Below, piece by piece: positions 40,597 to 49,790 of a stretch of 64,000 bases of DNA (the first letter of the stretch is position 1; each line of letters begins with the position of its first letter). The stretch is from Pseudomonadales bacterium (GTDB lineage: Bacteria > Pseudomonadota > Gammaproteobacteria > Pseudomonadales > UBA7434). Under the pieces are notes generated by a model. The model was not told the origin of the DNA and ran no database searches. It saw only the letters and a list, made by a program, of their open reading frames with translations. A program made the position numbers and the translations under genes. Where the stretch lies: assembly GCA_965216795.1 (NCBI GenBank), contig OZ244196.1, positions 2,650,368 through 2,714,367 of the forward strand. The letters run 5' to 3'.

Positions 40597-42441
40597 ATGC
40601 GAACGCCGACTGGAACGCCAACAAAAGCCAAAAAATGCTACGCACGTTCATTGGAATACTCCGCTCTTATTTTTACCACGTTACTGGTTAGCGGCGCGAG
40701 CATCGCGCTAGACACCGATGGCGATGGGCTTTCGAATACCGTCGAAACCAACACGGGCACCTTTGTTTCAGCTTCCGACACCGGCAGTGATCCGGTGGTT
40801 GCAGACACCGATATCGATGATTTTAATGACGGCATTGAGGTGTCATTGGGCACCGACCCGAATTCCGCACTGAATAGCCCGCGTGAAACGCACCTTGAGC
40901 CAGCTTACCCCGAAGTCTTTGGCCGCTTTGGTTTTAGCGTCGCGGTCGATGTCGACACGTCCGGCGCTTGCCAGATAAGGTTGGGCGCTAGTAGCGGTGT
41001 TGCCCAGATTTTTACAAGAGTAGGGGCGCAATGGTTGGAGCAAGGCCAGCTATTCACTGGCGGACTGGCCACCGGCCTGTTTTGCTGGAGTATCGCTTTG
41101 TCGGGTGACAGTGCCGCGATTGGCGCTCCGGGCGATGCGACCGGAGGCGTGGTTTATATTTTTGACCGGACGGGTTCCACCTGGCCATTCACCTCGACTC
41201 CTCTCGTTCCCGGCGATTCAGCAGGTGGCGATAGCTTTGGCTATGCCGTTGACATCGATGGTGACACGCTGTTCGTGGGCGCTCCGTTTGATGATGACAA
41301 TGGCAGCGCATCGGGCTCGGTCTACGTTTTCACGCGAACCGCCGGGGTTTGGAGCGAGCAAGCCAAGATTACCGCTGGCGATGGCACTGCCAACGACAAT
41401 TTTGGTCAAGACCTTGAATTCTCGGCAGGTTCGCTGATTGTCGGTGCGCCTGGTGATTCTGATAGTGCCAGCAATGCTGGGTCAGCTTACATTTTCACCG
41501 GCTCGGGGAGCAGCTGGACACAGCAAGCGAAACTTTCAGCGAGCACGCCCGCTGCCGATGATGCCTTTGGCACTGCAGTCAGTATTTCAAGCGATAGCGT
41601 ACTGATCGGCGCTCCTGGAGATGCTGCGAATGGCGCAGGTGCAGGTGCTGCCTATGTGTTCACGGGCTCCGGTTCATCCTGGGCCCAGCAGCAAAAATTG
41701 TTGCCCGGCGACGGTGCCAGTAATGATGTGTTTGGCGATGATGTTGCGCTCTGGGGAGAGGTTGCCGTCGTTAGTGCACCCTTTGATGATGGCCCCACCG
41801 ATTCAGGTTCAGCCTATGTTTTTTTACGCTCTGGCACAGCGTGGGTGCAAATTGATAAGTTCAAGCCCGCCGCTAGTGGGCAATCCGACAATTTTGGAGA
41901 GCGAATCGCTATTGATAATGGCACTGTAGCGCTTGGCGCTCCTACGCGGCAAGGTGCAACCGGCGCAGCTTATATCGTTGATCTGGACATCGATAAAGAT
42001 GGTTTGCTTAACGCGGTAGAGAGTGGCACTGGCATATTCGTATCGCAATTCGACACGGGGACTGACCGCCTCGACGCCGACAGCGATGAAGACAACGTCA
42101 TCGACGGCGATGAAACGCAAATTCATGGCACTGACCCGAATGCCAATGATACCGATGGGGACGGCATCCTTGATGATGCCGAGATTGCAATTGGTTGGAA
42201 CCCTTTGTCAGATGACATTGATAACGATGGCCTGACCGATGCTGAAGAGTCAGGCCTTGGTACTGACCCGCTACTTGCTGACACCGACATGGATGGCATT
42301 AGCGATGGTGATGAAATCGCGAGCGGCACGGACCCACTCATAGTTGATAACGGTACAAAGAGTGTTCCAGCAATGGGTGCGATGGGTTTATTTGCATTGA
42401 TGTTGGGGTTATTGTTTCTCGGCGTGAGGGTGAAGGCTTGA
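40597..42441 (+). CDS. Exported FG-GAP beta-propeller / TSP3-repeat protein with an IPTL/PEP-CTERM-like anchor (paralogue of 29666-32335)
   Basis: 614 aa with the same repeat types (GD...FG.AV.I.GDT..VGAP.DD....SGS.YVF; DTDGDG). C-terminus [26 protein letters not shown]. Confidence 0.8.
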   Translation: MRTPTGTPTKAKKCYARSLEYSALIFTTLLVSGASIALDTDGDGLSNTVETNTGTFVSASDTGSDPVVADTDIDDFNDGIEVSLGTDPNSALNSPRETHLEPAYPEVFGRFGFSVAVDVDTSGACQIRLGASSGVAQIFTRVGAQWLEQGQLFTGGLATGLFCWSIALSGDSAAIGAPGDATGGVVYIFDRTGSTWPFTSTPLVPGDSAGGDSFGYAVDIDGDTLFVGAPFDDDNGSASGSVYVFTRTAGVWSEQAKITAGDGTANDNFGQDLEFSAGSLIVGAPGDSDSASNAGSAYIFTGSGSSWTQQAKLSASTPAADDAFGTAVSISSDSVLIGAPGDAANGAGAGAAYVFTGSGSSWAQQQKLLPGDGASNDVFGDDVALWGEVAVVSAPFDDGPTDSGSAYVFLRSGTAWVQIDKFKPAASGQSDNFGERIAIDNGTVALGAPTRQGATGAAYIVDLDIDKDGLLNAVESGTGIFVSQFDTGTDRLDADSDEDNVIDGDETQIHGTDPNANDTDGDGILDDAEIAIGWNPLSDDIDNDGLTDAEESGLGTDPLLADTDMDGISDGDEIASGTDPLIVDNGTKSVPAMGAMGLFALMLGLLFLGVRVKA

Positions 42442-42475
42442 AGCCTGATAGACCAGACCAAAATACGACAGAAGT

Positions 42476-43207
42476 ATGATGATGATATTCAAGAAACATC
42501 TTGGGGCGAGCCTGTTGTTCCTTTCACTATTGGGTGGTTGCAGCGGCCTATCGGTTGAGAAAGCCCTGCAAACTGGTTTGGCGATAAATCAGGCGCTGCT
42601 TGATAATTCCGAAGCAAGTTATTCGCAAGCGGTTAAGGAAACGCTTGAGCTCAGTAGCACTCGCGCCGCGCAGGCTCTGTCGCAGCCCGGTGGGTACAGT
42701 GGTAACCCGGCGTTCAAAATCACCATGCCTGAGCAGCTCGATACGGTTACCAGTACACTGCGGGCTTTTGGTTTGAATCGCCAGATCGATGAGATCGAGC
42801 TGCTGATGAACCAGGGCGCGGAAGCTGCGGCCGTAGAGGCGAAGGCTGTGTTCATTGATGCAGTCAGGCAAATGACCATTAGTGATGCGTTGGGCATTAT
42901 CCAGGGCAGCGATACAGCCGCTACTGAATACTTTGAGTCCAAAACCGAGAATATTCTCAGGCAAAGATACCAGCCCATCATTGAAAGCCATTTAAGCAAG
43001 GTGGGTTTTTACAACGAGTACCGGCAGTTTCTAACGGCCTACAATCGGCTGCCCATAGCAGACAAGCCCGAGCTGGGCCTGCAACAACACGTCTTGCGTG
43101 AAAGCCTGGACGGCTTGTTTGCACAGGTGGCCAAAGAAGAGGCGCTGATTCGACAAGACCCGGTAGGGAAGGGCAGCGCTTTTTTGGGGTCGGTGTTTGG
43201 AAGGTAG
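42476..43207 (+). CDS. DUF4197 family lipoprotein
   Basis: 243 aa. Lipobox LLGGCS. NPAFKITMPEQL...LMNQGAEAA...MTISDALGIIQGSDTAATEYF matches the remembered DUF4197 pattern. Confidence 0.65.
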   Translation: MMMIFKKHLGASLLFLSLLGGCSGLSVEKALQTGLAINQALLDNSEASYSQAVKETLELSSTRAAQALSQPGGYSGNPAFKITMPEQLDTVTSTLRAFGLNRQIDEIELLMNQGAEAAAVEAKAVFIDAVRQMTISDALGIIQGSDTAATEYFESKTENILRQRYQPIIESHLSKVGFYNEYRQFLTAYNRLPIADKPELGLQQHVLRESLDGLFAQVAKEEALIRQDPVGKGSAFLGSVFGR

Positions 43208-43276
43208 CGGGCTTTTGGGCAGGCTTGTATATGCAAAAAATCCGCGATTACGTAGCCGGACTGGATCTGTCGTTGG

Positions 43277-44002
43277 TCAAGAGGTTGCAGGCCTGCCGGC
43301 GCTTGCTTTGTGTCCCAGAAGTAGAAGCCATATACCCAGTACCAGATGAGTAAAAAAAGGCATAGGCACGTTCACAGGTACGGGAAGGATTTGTGCAGTC
43401 GCCTGGGTGCCCTCGGGGGTAAATGAGCGACCCCAGCCAAACCAGCTCAAGACGTTGTTTGGAACGGGTACAGCAGATCCAAAAACGGGGGCGACATCTG
43501 GATCTTGCAGAGTAAACGTGGAACCATCGAAGTGAATGCTTGAAGCAAACCAGATCGACTCGTTATTGTAAGTGAAAAAAGCGACATAGCGCAGAACATC
43601 CCACTGATTCACGCCGGCGTTGTCGCGAATGGAAAACTCGCTGTGTGACAGGTGCTGCGGCTCTCCATCAATCGTTAGCGATGTCAGCACTATCTCATAG
43701 TCATAGTGAAATGACGGCCCGCCCGTATTGGAAGAGCTGCCCTCGATCTCGGTTTCAGCCACAATCTCTAGTGAATCAACGCTCACTGAAATAGTAAAGG
43801 GTATCGAATGAGCTGGGTCGGAACTGTGGCCCGCGGGCGGCTCAGGCGTAAAAATGCCATCGTTGACATACCCGCTCCATTCGTATTGCAAAAGTCCAGC
43901 GCATGCGATGTGGCTGGCAAAGGTGAAGAGGAGCAGTACAGCTACATTTCTAAGCATGTTGCCTATTGCTGTTCCCAGCGATACAGCTTTTATTATTCTC
44001 AT
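43277..44002 (-). CDS. Hypothetical exported protein with a PEP-CTERM-like anchor
   Basis: Start probably ATG 44002 (AGGGAG RBS). The C-terminus is LPVPVNVPMPFFTHLVLGIWLLLLGHK: motif, then a hydrophobic helix. Confidence 0.5.
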   Translation of the reverse strand: MRIIKAVSLGTAIGNMLRNVAVLLLFTFASHIACAGLLQYEWSGYVNDGIFTPEPPAGHSSDPAHSIPFTISVSVDSLEIVAETEIEGSSSNTGGPSFHYDYEIVLTSLTIDGEPQHLSHSEFSIRDNAGVNQWDVLRYVAFFTYNNESIWFASSIHFDGSTFTLQDPDVAPVFGSAVPVPNNVLSWFGWGRSFTPEGTQATAQILPVPVNVPMPFFTHLVLGIWLLLLGHKASAGRPATS

Positions 44003-44152
44003 GGCCATCTCCCTGTTCATTCACCTGGTGAGTGATCCAGGATTCAAACTAAACGAACGTTACCAGGCTTTCAAGTGACTTGGCCATTGGTGTGCGGCGC
44101 TTTCCCGTGTGGTTCCTGATTGGCACATAGGCAGCACTTGTAGTCTGCCTGA

Positions 44153-44453
44153 TTCCAGCCGCAATAACCCCATGAATAGTAAAGAGATTGGTGGGTATCA
44201 GGACTTGCTACGTGCCCTGGGGGTAATCCTGGGACCTGCCGATGACTACTTGGCCCATGGCTATGAGTCCAGCGAACAATACGTATCAGTCCCCATAAGC
44301 CTAAGCAATGTGAGAGGTTATCCGAAGGGCTTAATTGAGGCTTACCCCGACCGAAACATATCCGAACCTGCTGCCTGAGATTTCCTGGCCCGAGTGTTGC
44401 TGCGCTATGGACATCAAGGTCGGGGTGGGGTGGGCTGCCGAACCTGGGCCGAA
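44153..44453 (-). repeat. attP-like repeat unit, copy A (degenerate tRNA 3'-half fragment 44189-44269 plus L and R arms)
   Basis: L arm ttccagccgcaataaccccatgaatagtaaagagat. The tRNA-like core carries two 18-nt insertions. The R arm is colinear with copies C and D, including CCGAAM pairs at 44351/44362 and 44438/44449. Confidence 0.8.
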
Positions 44454-44680
44454 CCGCGCAATCAGGATAGCATGTCGTCATCTCAACTATCGGAAGTGGC
44501 CAGGCGCACGTTAGGTAACCCGAGTCTTCAGACAGAATACTCCCCGTTTCCAGTGCGCTCACCAAAACATCATGGGGGTCACACGGCTGTGGCCGCAGCT
44601 AACTGGACTATCTGAAAAGACAGTTGATTTTCTTCGCTAAAGAAGAACAATGTAGGCTTTCGCTCGCCACGAGAGAAACT

Positions 44681-46603
44681 ATGCAAAACAACCAGCTATG
44701 CGCTGTGTGGAGCCCCAATTCCCCCTCAAGGGACGATTTCGTTCTTTTTACTGCAATGATTGTTATATCACTCAGTGTTCTACTTACTGGGTGCGAGAGG
44801 CTTGATGATCCGTCGGTCCAGCCAGGTTTCGTTCAGGGCCAGGCTGTCAAATCTATGCAGCGTACGCCCGCACCTAAAAATACACAGAGAAATCTGTACT
44901 TTGGCGATTTGCATATACATACCAGCCTGTCAACAGACGCCTATGTTTTTGGCGTTCGCTCGCAGCCTGAAGACGTCTACACCTTTGCAAAGGGCGGCGT
45001 CATTGAGCATGCAGTGGGCTATCCTATCCAGATCGACCGTCCTCTGGATTTCGCTGCGGTAACTGATCACGCCGAGTACCTGGGTCAGGCTCGTTTGGCG
45101 GGCCTTGATATACCTACGAACATGCACCCGCTGCGCGATGTGCTTGCTGGCGGCAATGTCATTAGCGTGACAAAGCAGTGGTTGATTTCCAGTGCATTTG
45201 TGCTTCGAAAAGGTGCCGGCTATGGCGTCGACGAAATTGATCTGTCTGTGAATCGCGCTGCATGGCAGCAAGTTATTAACGCCGCAGAGGCGGCTAATGT
45301 ACCGGGAGAATTTAGCGCATTTATCGGCTATGAATGGACGTCGTTTGTCGATAACAATCCGTCGATTCACATTCATCGTAACGTTATATACCGTGGCAGT
45401 GATGTGTCTGATCTGCCGTATAGTGCACTTGATAGCAACCGGCCAGAAGATCTATGGAGGTTTCTTGAGGGTGAGCAGCTCGCTGGAAAAGAAGCGATCG
45501 CTATTTCACATAATGCGAACATTAGCGCCGGCAATATGTACTCGGTCGTGGATAGTGACGGGGAGCCGTTAACCGACGCATATGCACGATTGAGGAATCG
45601 CTATGAGCCAATTAGCGAGATCCTGCAGATCAAGGGCGCCTCAGAGACGCACCCGATGATGTCGAATCTCGATGAGTTCGCAAGCTTTGAGCTGCTGTCC
45701 AACAGTCCACCGGAAGACCAGCTGCAAGGCTCATACGCACGCAGCGGCTTGCGTCTTGGTCTGGAAACTTCAGCCCGGCAGGGATTTAACCCGTATCAAT
45801 TCGGTGTGATAGGGTCCAGTGACAGCCATAATGCCAGCTCTCCTTCTCAGGAGAATCGTTATCATGGCAAGCTGCCCGTGCTGGATGGAACCGCTGGCTT
45901 GCGCACCAACAAAGCACTGCTAATACCTGAGTTGATCAACCCCGCTATGCGCTGGGGATCGGGAGGGCTGGCAGCAGTTTGGGCGGAAGAGAACACGCGC
46001 GGTGCTGTGTTTGATGCGCTACGCCGCCGTGAGTGCTATGCAACCTCGGGTCCCAGAATCAGTGTGAGGCTATTTGGTGGCTGGCAGTATACCCAGGCCA
46101 TGCTTGACACTGGGAATGTTATTGAACAAGCCTACAAGCACGGTGTTCCAATGGGTGGGCAGCTGGGCCCAGCACCCAAAGACGGTGCCCCGACCTTTAT
46201 GATTATCGCGGCAAAAGACCCTGAAGGCGCAAACCTTGACCGTGTGCAGATTATTAAAGCGTGGGTCGATTCTGTCGGTGAGAGTCACGAAAAAGTTTAC
46301 GACGTGGCCGCAGCCGGTGGGCGGACAGTGAGCAAAGAGACAGGAAAACTAGAGCCTGTGGGTAACACGGTTGACGCAGCTGAGGCTAGCTACAGTAATA
46401 CAATCGGTGCGGCTTCGCTGGCGGCGATTTGGCGAGACCCTGATTTCGATGTGTCCAGTGAAGCTGTTTACTATGCGCGGGTCATCGAAATTCCCACGCC
46501 ACGATGGTCGACATACGATGCTAAATTGTTAGGCGATGAACCTATGAATCCAGCGTGGATTCAGGAGCGTGCCATTACATCGGCGATCTGGTATTCGCCT
46601 TGA
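44681..46603 (+). CDS. Exported DUF3604 family protein (paralogue 2; lipoprotein-like)
   Basis: YFGDLHIHT motif and C-terminus WRDPDFD...YYARVIEIPTPRW...SAIWYSP. Possible lipobox LLTGC. Start uncertain: TTG 44624, ATG 44681 or ATG 44756. Confidence 0.8.
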   Translation: MQNNQLCAVWSPNSPSRDDFVLFTAMIVISLSVLLTGCERLDDPSVQPGFVQGQAVKSMQRTPAPKNTQRNLYFGDLHIHTSLSTDAYVFGVRSQPEDVYTFAKGGVIEHAVGYPIQIDRPLDFAAVTDHAEYLGQARLAGLDIPTNMHPLRDVLAGGNVISVTKQWLISSAFVLRKGAGYGVDEIDLSVNRAAWQQVINAAEAANVPGEFSAFIGYEWTSFVDNNPSIHIHRNVIYRGSDVSDLPYSALDSNRPEDLWRFLEGEQLAGKEAIAISHNANISAGNMYSVVDSDGEPLTDAYARLRNRYEPISEILQIKGASETHPMMSNLDEFASFELLSNSPPEDQLQGSYARSGLRLGLETSARQGFNPYQFGVIGSSDSHNASSPSQENRYHGKLPVLDGTAGLRTNKALLIPELINPAMRWGSGGLAAVWAEENTRGAVFDALRRRECYATSGPRISVRLFGGWQYTQAMLDTGNVIEQAYKHGVPMGGQLGPAPKDGAPTFMIIAAKDPEGANLDRVQIIKAWVDSVGESHEKVYDVAAAGGRTVSKETGKLEPVGNTVDAAEASYSNTIGAASLAAIWRDPDFDVSSEAVYYARVIEIPTPRWSTYDAKLLGDEPMNPAWIQERAITSAIWYSP

Positions 46604-46622
46604 GGTCAAAAGTTGCCATCGA

Positions 46623-46722
46623 CTCCAGCCGCAATGACCCTATGAATAGTAAAGAGAATGGTGGGCCCACCAGGACTTGCTACGTGCCCTCGGGGTAAAC
46701 CTGGGACCTGCCGATTATGAGT
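46623..46722 (-). repeat. attP-like repeat unit, copy B (L arm + tRNA 3'-half fragment; R arm missing)
   Basis: ctccagccgcaatgaccctatgaatagtaaagagaa, then the tRNA 3' half with the 18-nt T-loop insertion (46680-46697). Homology stops abruptly after ...gattatgagt. Confidence 0.85.
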
Positions 46723-46932
46723 AATTAGCCTACCGTATTTACTGAGATTGATCTACGTTGATTTAGATCGATATTGGAATCAATTCAATCACTTGGTCTT
46801 TTACCTGGGTCTATCCAGGTTGATACAGATTGATTTCATCTGCTTACATAGCGCTTACACGCATTTGATAATATGTCTGCCCAATTTGATATACGCCAAC
46901 CGGTACTTGAACTATAATTCTTGGTGTGATAT

Positions 46933-49245
46933 ATGCTGGGTGCGCGCGCTACTCTGCTCAGCCATAACAAAAAGGAGATAATCTCGCTCAGGATTATGCC
47001 GATGCCCCAGATCTTAAGAAAAGACCTTTATCTTAAATTTAGACTTCAGCGCGTCTTGGTGTCAGGAGTGTTAAAAGTTCTAGCAGGCTTATATTGTCTT
47101 GCACTCCAGCACGCAGCCATAGCGGCTGCGCTCGACCCCGACGACTTTACCTCACTGGGGACGCTTAACCTGGCGAGTGGCGATTACACTTTTGATACCA
47201 CGGCGATGACGATCGTTGAAAACAGCGCGCCAGGCACCGTACTGTTTACCGGTGTTGAGGACGACCAGAACGGTCAGGCCGACAGCTTTGCGGGTGGTAG
47301 CGATACAGTAGGTGTTAATGGCATTCCACATATCGCAGTCTTTACCTTTGATGACATCAACATTGATGGGACCAACAGTATTACCATCACCGGTAATCGA
47401 GCTATTGCGCTGTTATCAAAGAGCAATTTCTATCTGGATGAAACGCTATCGGTGGATGCCGTGCCGGCCCCTGCCCCAGATGCGCCGGAAGCGCAGTTTG
47501 GTGGCAAAGCTGGCCCTGGCGGCTTTGACGGCGGTACGCCCGGCATCAACAATGGCGATGGTGAGGGGCCAGGTGGCGCGCTTGGCAATGATGGTTTTAC
47601 TGGCGCACACGGCGCAAGTGGAGGATTCGGTGGTGATGGGGTTGGCCCCTTGCCAGGCCTATTAGGCATGTCCTACGGTGATCTGCTGCAAGCACTGCAA
47701 GGTGGAAGTGGCGGCGGTGATAGCGATGATTTTTTGACCCCTGAAAATCGAGGCCCCGGTGGTGGTGGTGGTGGCGCGATCATGCTGGTTGCCAGCCAGG
47801 CAATAACCATCGACAGCAATGGCGTTGTCAGCGCACAAGGAGCGGATGGTTACCAGCGAGAACCCCCCTCCATACCGGGGTTTACAGGATTATACGGGGG
47901 TGGCGGTAGTGGTGGTGGGATTATCCTGTCGGCACTAAACGTAGTCATTAACGGCCAGCTATTAGCAAAAGGGCTCGACGGCAGCGGTACTTACACTGGC
48001 GGTGGTGGCCGTGTGTTGGTCGCAGGCTATAACAGCTTCCTGTTCGGTAGCACGCCTGACGTCAACAGTTTTATCGCCAATATCGACGTCGACCCTCCTT
48101 TTGCATCCGCTGAGGGCGGATGGATTTCTGTGGTGCCTCGCACAACACTCGTCTCATTTGGCGAGTCGCTGGCACTTAACAACGCAACCATTCAGATTCA
48201 GGGCAACATCGGAGCTCCCGGTGTCGAATTCATACCAGGCAACCTTGTTGCAACAGGCGAGCTTACCGTGCCTGCTGGAGGCACGAGCTACGCGTTTGAC
48301 ATTAGCCTTACCGGTCCAACCGAAACCACCGTTATTAACGGCAACGATCCGCTACAAATCCAGACGTCGCTATCAGGTTCCGGCACGGTCAACGTACCAC
48401 TGGTGATCGACGCCGATGCCGAGCTGAATATGGTTAATGATGAGCTCACCTTTCAGGGCGACGGCATTGCCAACGACGACGGGCTGGTAAACAACGGCAC
48501 CATGAACCTGATCAACGCAATTATCAATGGTGATGTACGCTCACCGGCTGGGTCACAGATAAACGTTGCAGGTAGTGCGACATTTAACGGCCTGTTTTCA
48601 GGTGCCGGTACATTTTCGGGCACTAGCAACCTGGTCACCTTTAACGGCGGCTACTCACCCGGTGATAGCCCTGCGGCTATTAACTTTGGTGGCGATGTGT
48701 CGTTGAGTTCAGGGAACACGCTGCTGATGGAGATCTTCGGCAGCGTTGCGGGCAGTGGTTACGACCAGCTCACTGTTGCCGGTAACCTGGCAATGAATGG
48801 CGTGATCGATTTATTTGTTGATCCGCTGTTAACACTCAACGCGGGCGACAGCTTTACTTTGCTCAACTGGAGCTCGGTCGCAGGCGAGTTTGCATCGGTG
48901 CTTGGCATTCAACAAGCAAATGATCTGGACATCGGTATTCGTTATAACGCCGGCAATATGGTGGCTAAGGTTGTGCCGCGTGGTGACGTGAATGATGACG
49001 GCGTTGTTAACGGTGATGACCTGGCGATTATTGCCAGCAATGCAGGCGTGAACACAAGCAGCTACTTTAGCGGCGACGTAAACGGCGATGGCGTGGTCGA
49101 TAATTCCAGCAATTCTGGCTCAGACCGATCGTTAGTCGAGGCGGCTATTCTCAATGCGAATACCCAAACTGTACCTCTGCCTTTCTGGCTGCCATTGATA
49201 CTGTTGATGGGCGCTACCATTACGTATAGGTTGAGTGCCCGGTGA
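46933..49245 (+). CDS. Large exported glycine-rich (beta-helix-like) protein with dockerin-like Ca-binding repeats and a VPLP-type C-terminal anchor
   Basis: 770 aa. Gly-rich blocks (GGFGGDG, GPGGGGGGAIML, GGGGSGGGIIL). GDVNDDGVVNGDDL and GDVNGDGVVDN dockerin/EF-hand-like repeats. C-terminus TVPLPFWLPLILLMGATITYRLSAR. Start uncertain (46933 or 46996). Confidence 0.65.
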   Translation: MLGARATLLSHNKKEIISLRIMPMPQILRKDLYLKFRLQRVLVSGVLKVLAGLYCLALQHAAIAAALDPDDFTSLGTLNLASGDYTFDTTAMTIVENSAPGTVLFTGVEDDQNGQADSFAGGSDTVGVNGIPHIAVFTFDDINIDGTNSITITGNRAIALLSKSNFYLDETLSVDAVPAPAPDAPEAQFGGKAGPGGFDGGTPGINNGDGEGPGGALGNDGFTGAHGASGGFGGDGVGPLPGLLGMSYGDLLQALQGGSGGGDSDDFLTPENRGPGGGGGGAIMLVASQAITIDSNGVVSAQGADGYQREPPSIPGFTGLYGGGGSGGGIILSALNVVINGQLLAKGLDGSGTYTGGGGRVLVAGYNSFLFGSTPDVNSFIANIDVDPPFASAEGGWISVVPRTTLVSFGESLALNNATIQIQGNIGAPGVEFIPGNLVATGELTVPAGGTSYAFDISLTGPTETTVINGNDPLQIQTSLSGSGTVNVPLVIDADAELNMVNDELTFQGDGIANDDGLVNNGTMNLINAIINGDVRSPAGSQINVAGSATFNGLFSGAGTFSGTSNLVTFNGGYSPGDSPAAINFGGDVSLSSGNTLLMEIFGSVAGSGYDQLTVAGNLAMNGVIDLFVDPLLTLNAGDSFTLLNWSSVAGEFASVLGIQQANDLDIGIRYNAGNMVAKVVPRGDVNDDGVVNGDDLAIIASNAGVNTSSYFSGDVNGDGVVDNSSNSGSDRSLVEAAILNANTQTVPLPFWLPLILLMGATITYRLSAR

Positions 49246-49340
49246 AGCCGACAGGTTTGTTGGCGCTCGAGCTGAGCGGGCGATAAAAGTAATCAGTTCA
49301 GGACAGTCTTGGCCGTATTGATCCCTGAGGGTACGCCAGA

Positions 49341-49575
49341 TTGAAAAATGAATGGTGGGCCCACCAGGACTTGCTACGTGCCCTCGGGGTAAACCTGGGA
49401 CCTGCCGATTATGAGTCCAGCGAACAATACGTGCCCATCTCCATAAGTCTAAGAAGTGGGAGGGGTTATCGGCGGGGTATCTCTGGGGCTTTCTTCGACC
49501 GAACCATATCCGAACCTGTCGCCTTGAGAGTCGCGTGCCTGAGTGTCACCCCGCTGAGGGCATGTGGCCGAAGGC
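49341..49575 (-). repeat. attP-like repeat unit, copy C (truncated L arm + tRNA 3'-half fragment 49353-49417 + R arm)
   Basis: tRNA 3' half with the 18-nt insertion (49374-49391). The R arm is colinear with A and D, with a ~20-nt internal deletion near its end. Confidence 0.85.
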
Positions 49576-49790
49576 TCTCTCATTCTCCTAAGTTGTTGAT
49601 ATCCTGGGCTAATTAACTCCTTCCCCATCCCCTGAGATTGCCTCAGAAGCAGCATTGGCTGCGTCCTGCAGCGTGCCAGTGGACAGGTGAGTCGACTGCT
49701 GTACGCCTGTTGGCTACATATTGACGGCTAGCTGCGAATTGAAGATACTGGTTGCACCCCTTGGCTCCGAATGACAACGGAGCACCTCCC

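Noticed and set aside
44071-44565. ORFs overlapping the repeat units (44071-44565 -, 44109-44378 +, 49341-49616 +, 50329-50547 +). Their translations share motifs such as NSKEIGG and QDLLRALGV.
   Set aside because: The shared peptide motifs are just translations of the tRNA-derived and arm DNA repeats. The frames are broken differently in each copy by the 18-nt insertions, and there is no RBS or domain signature.
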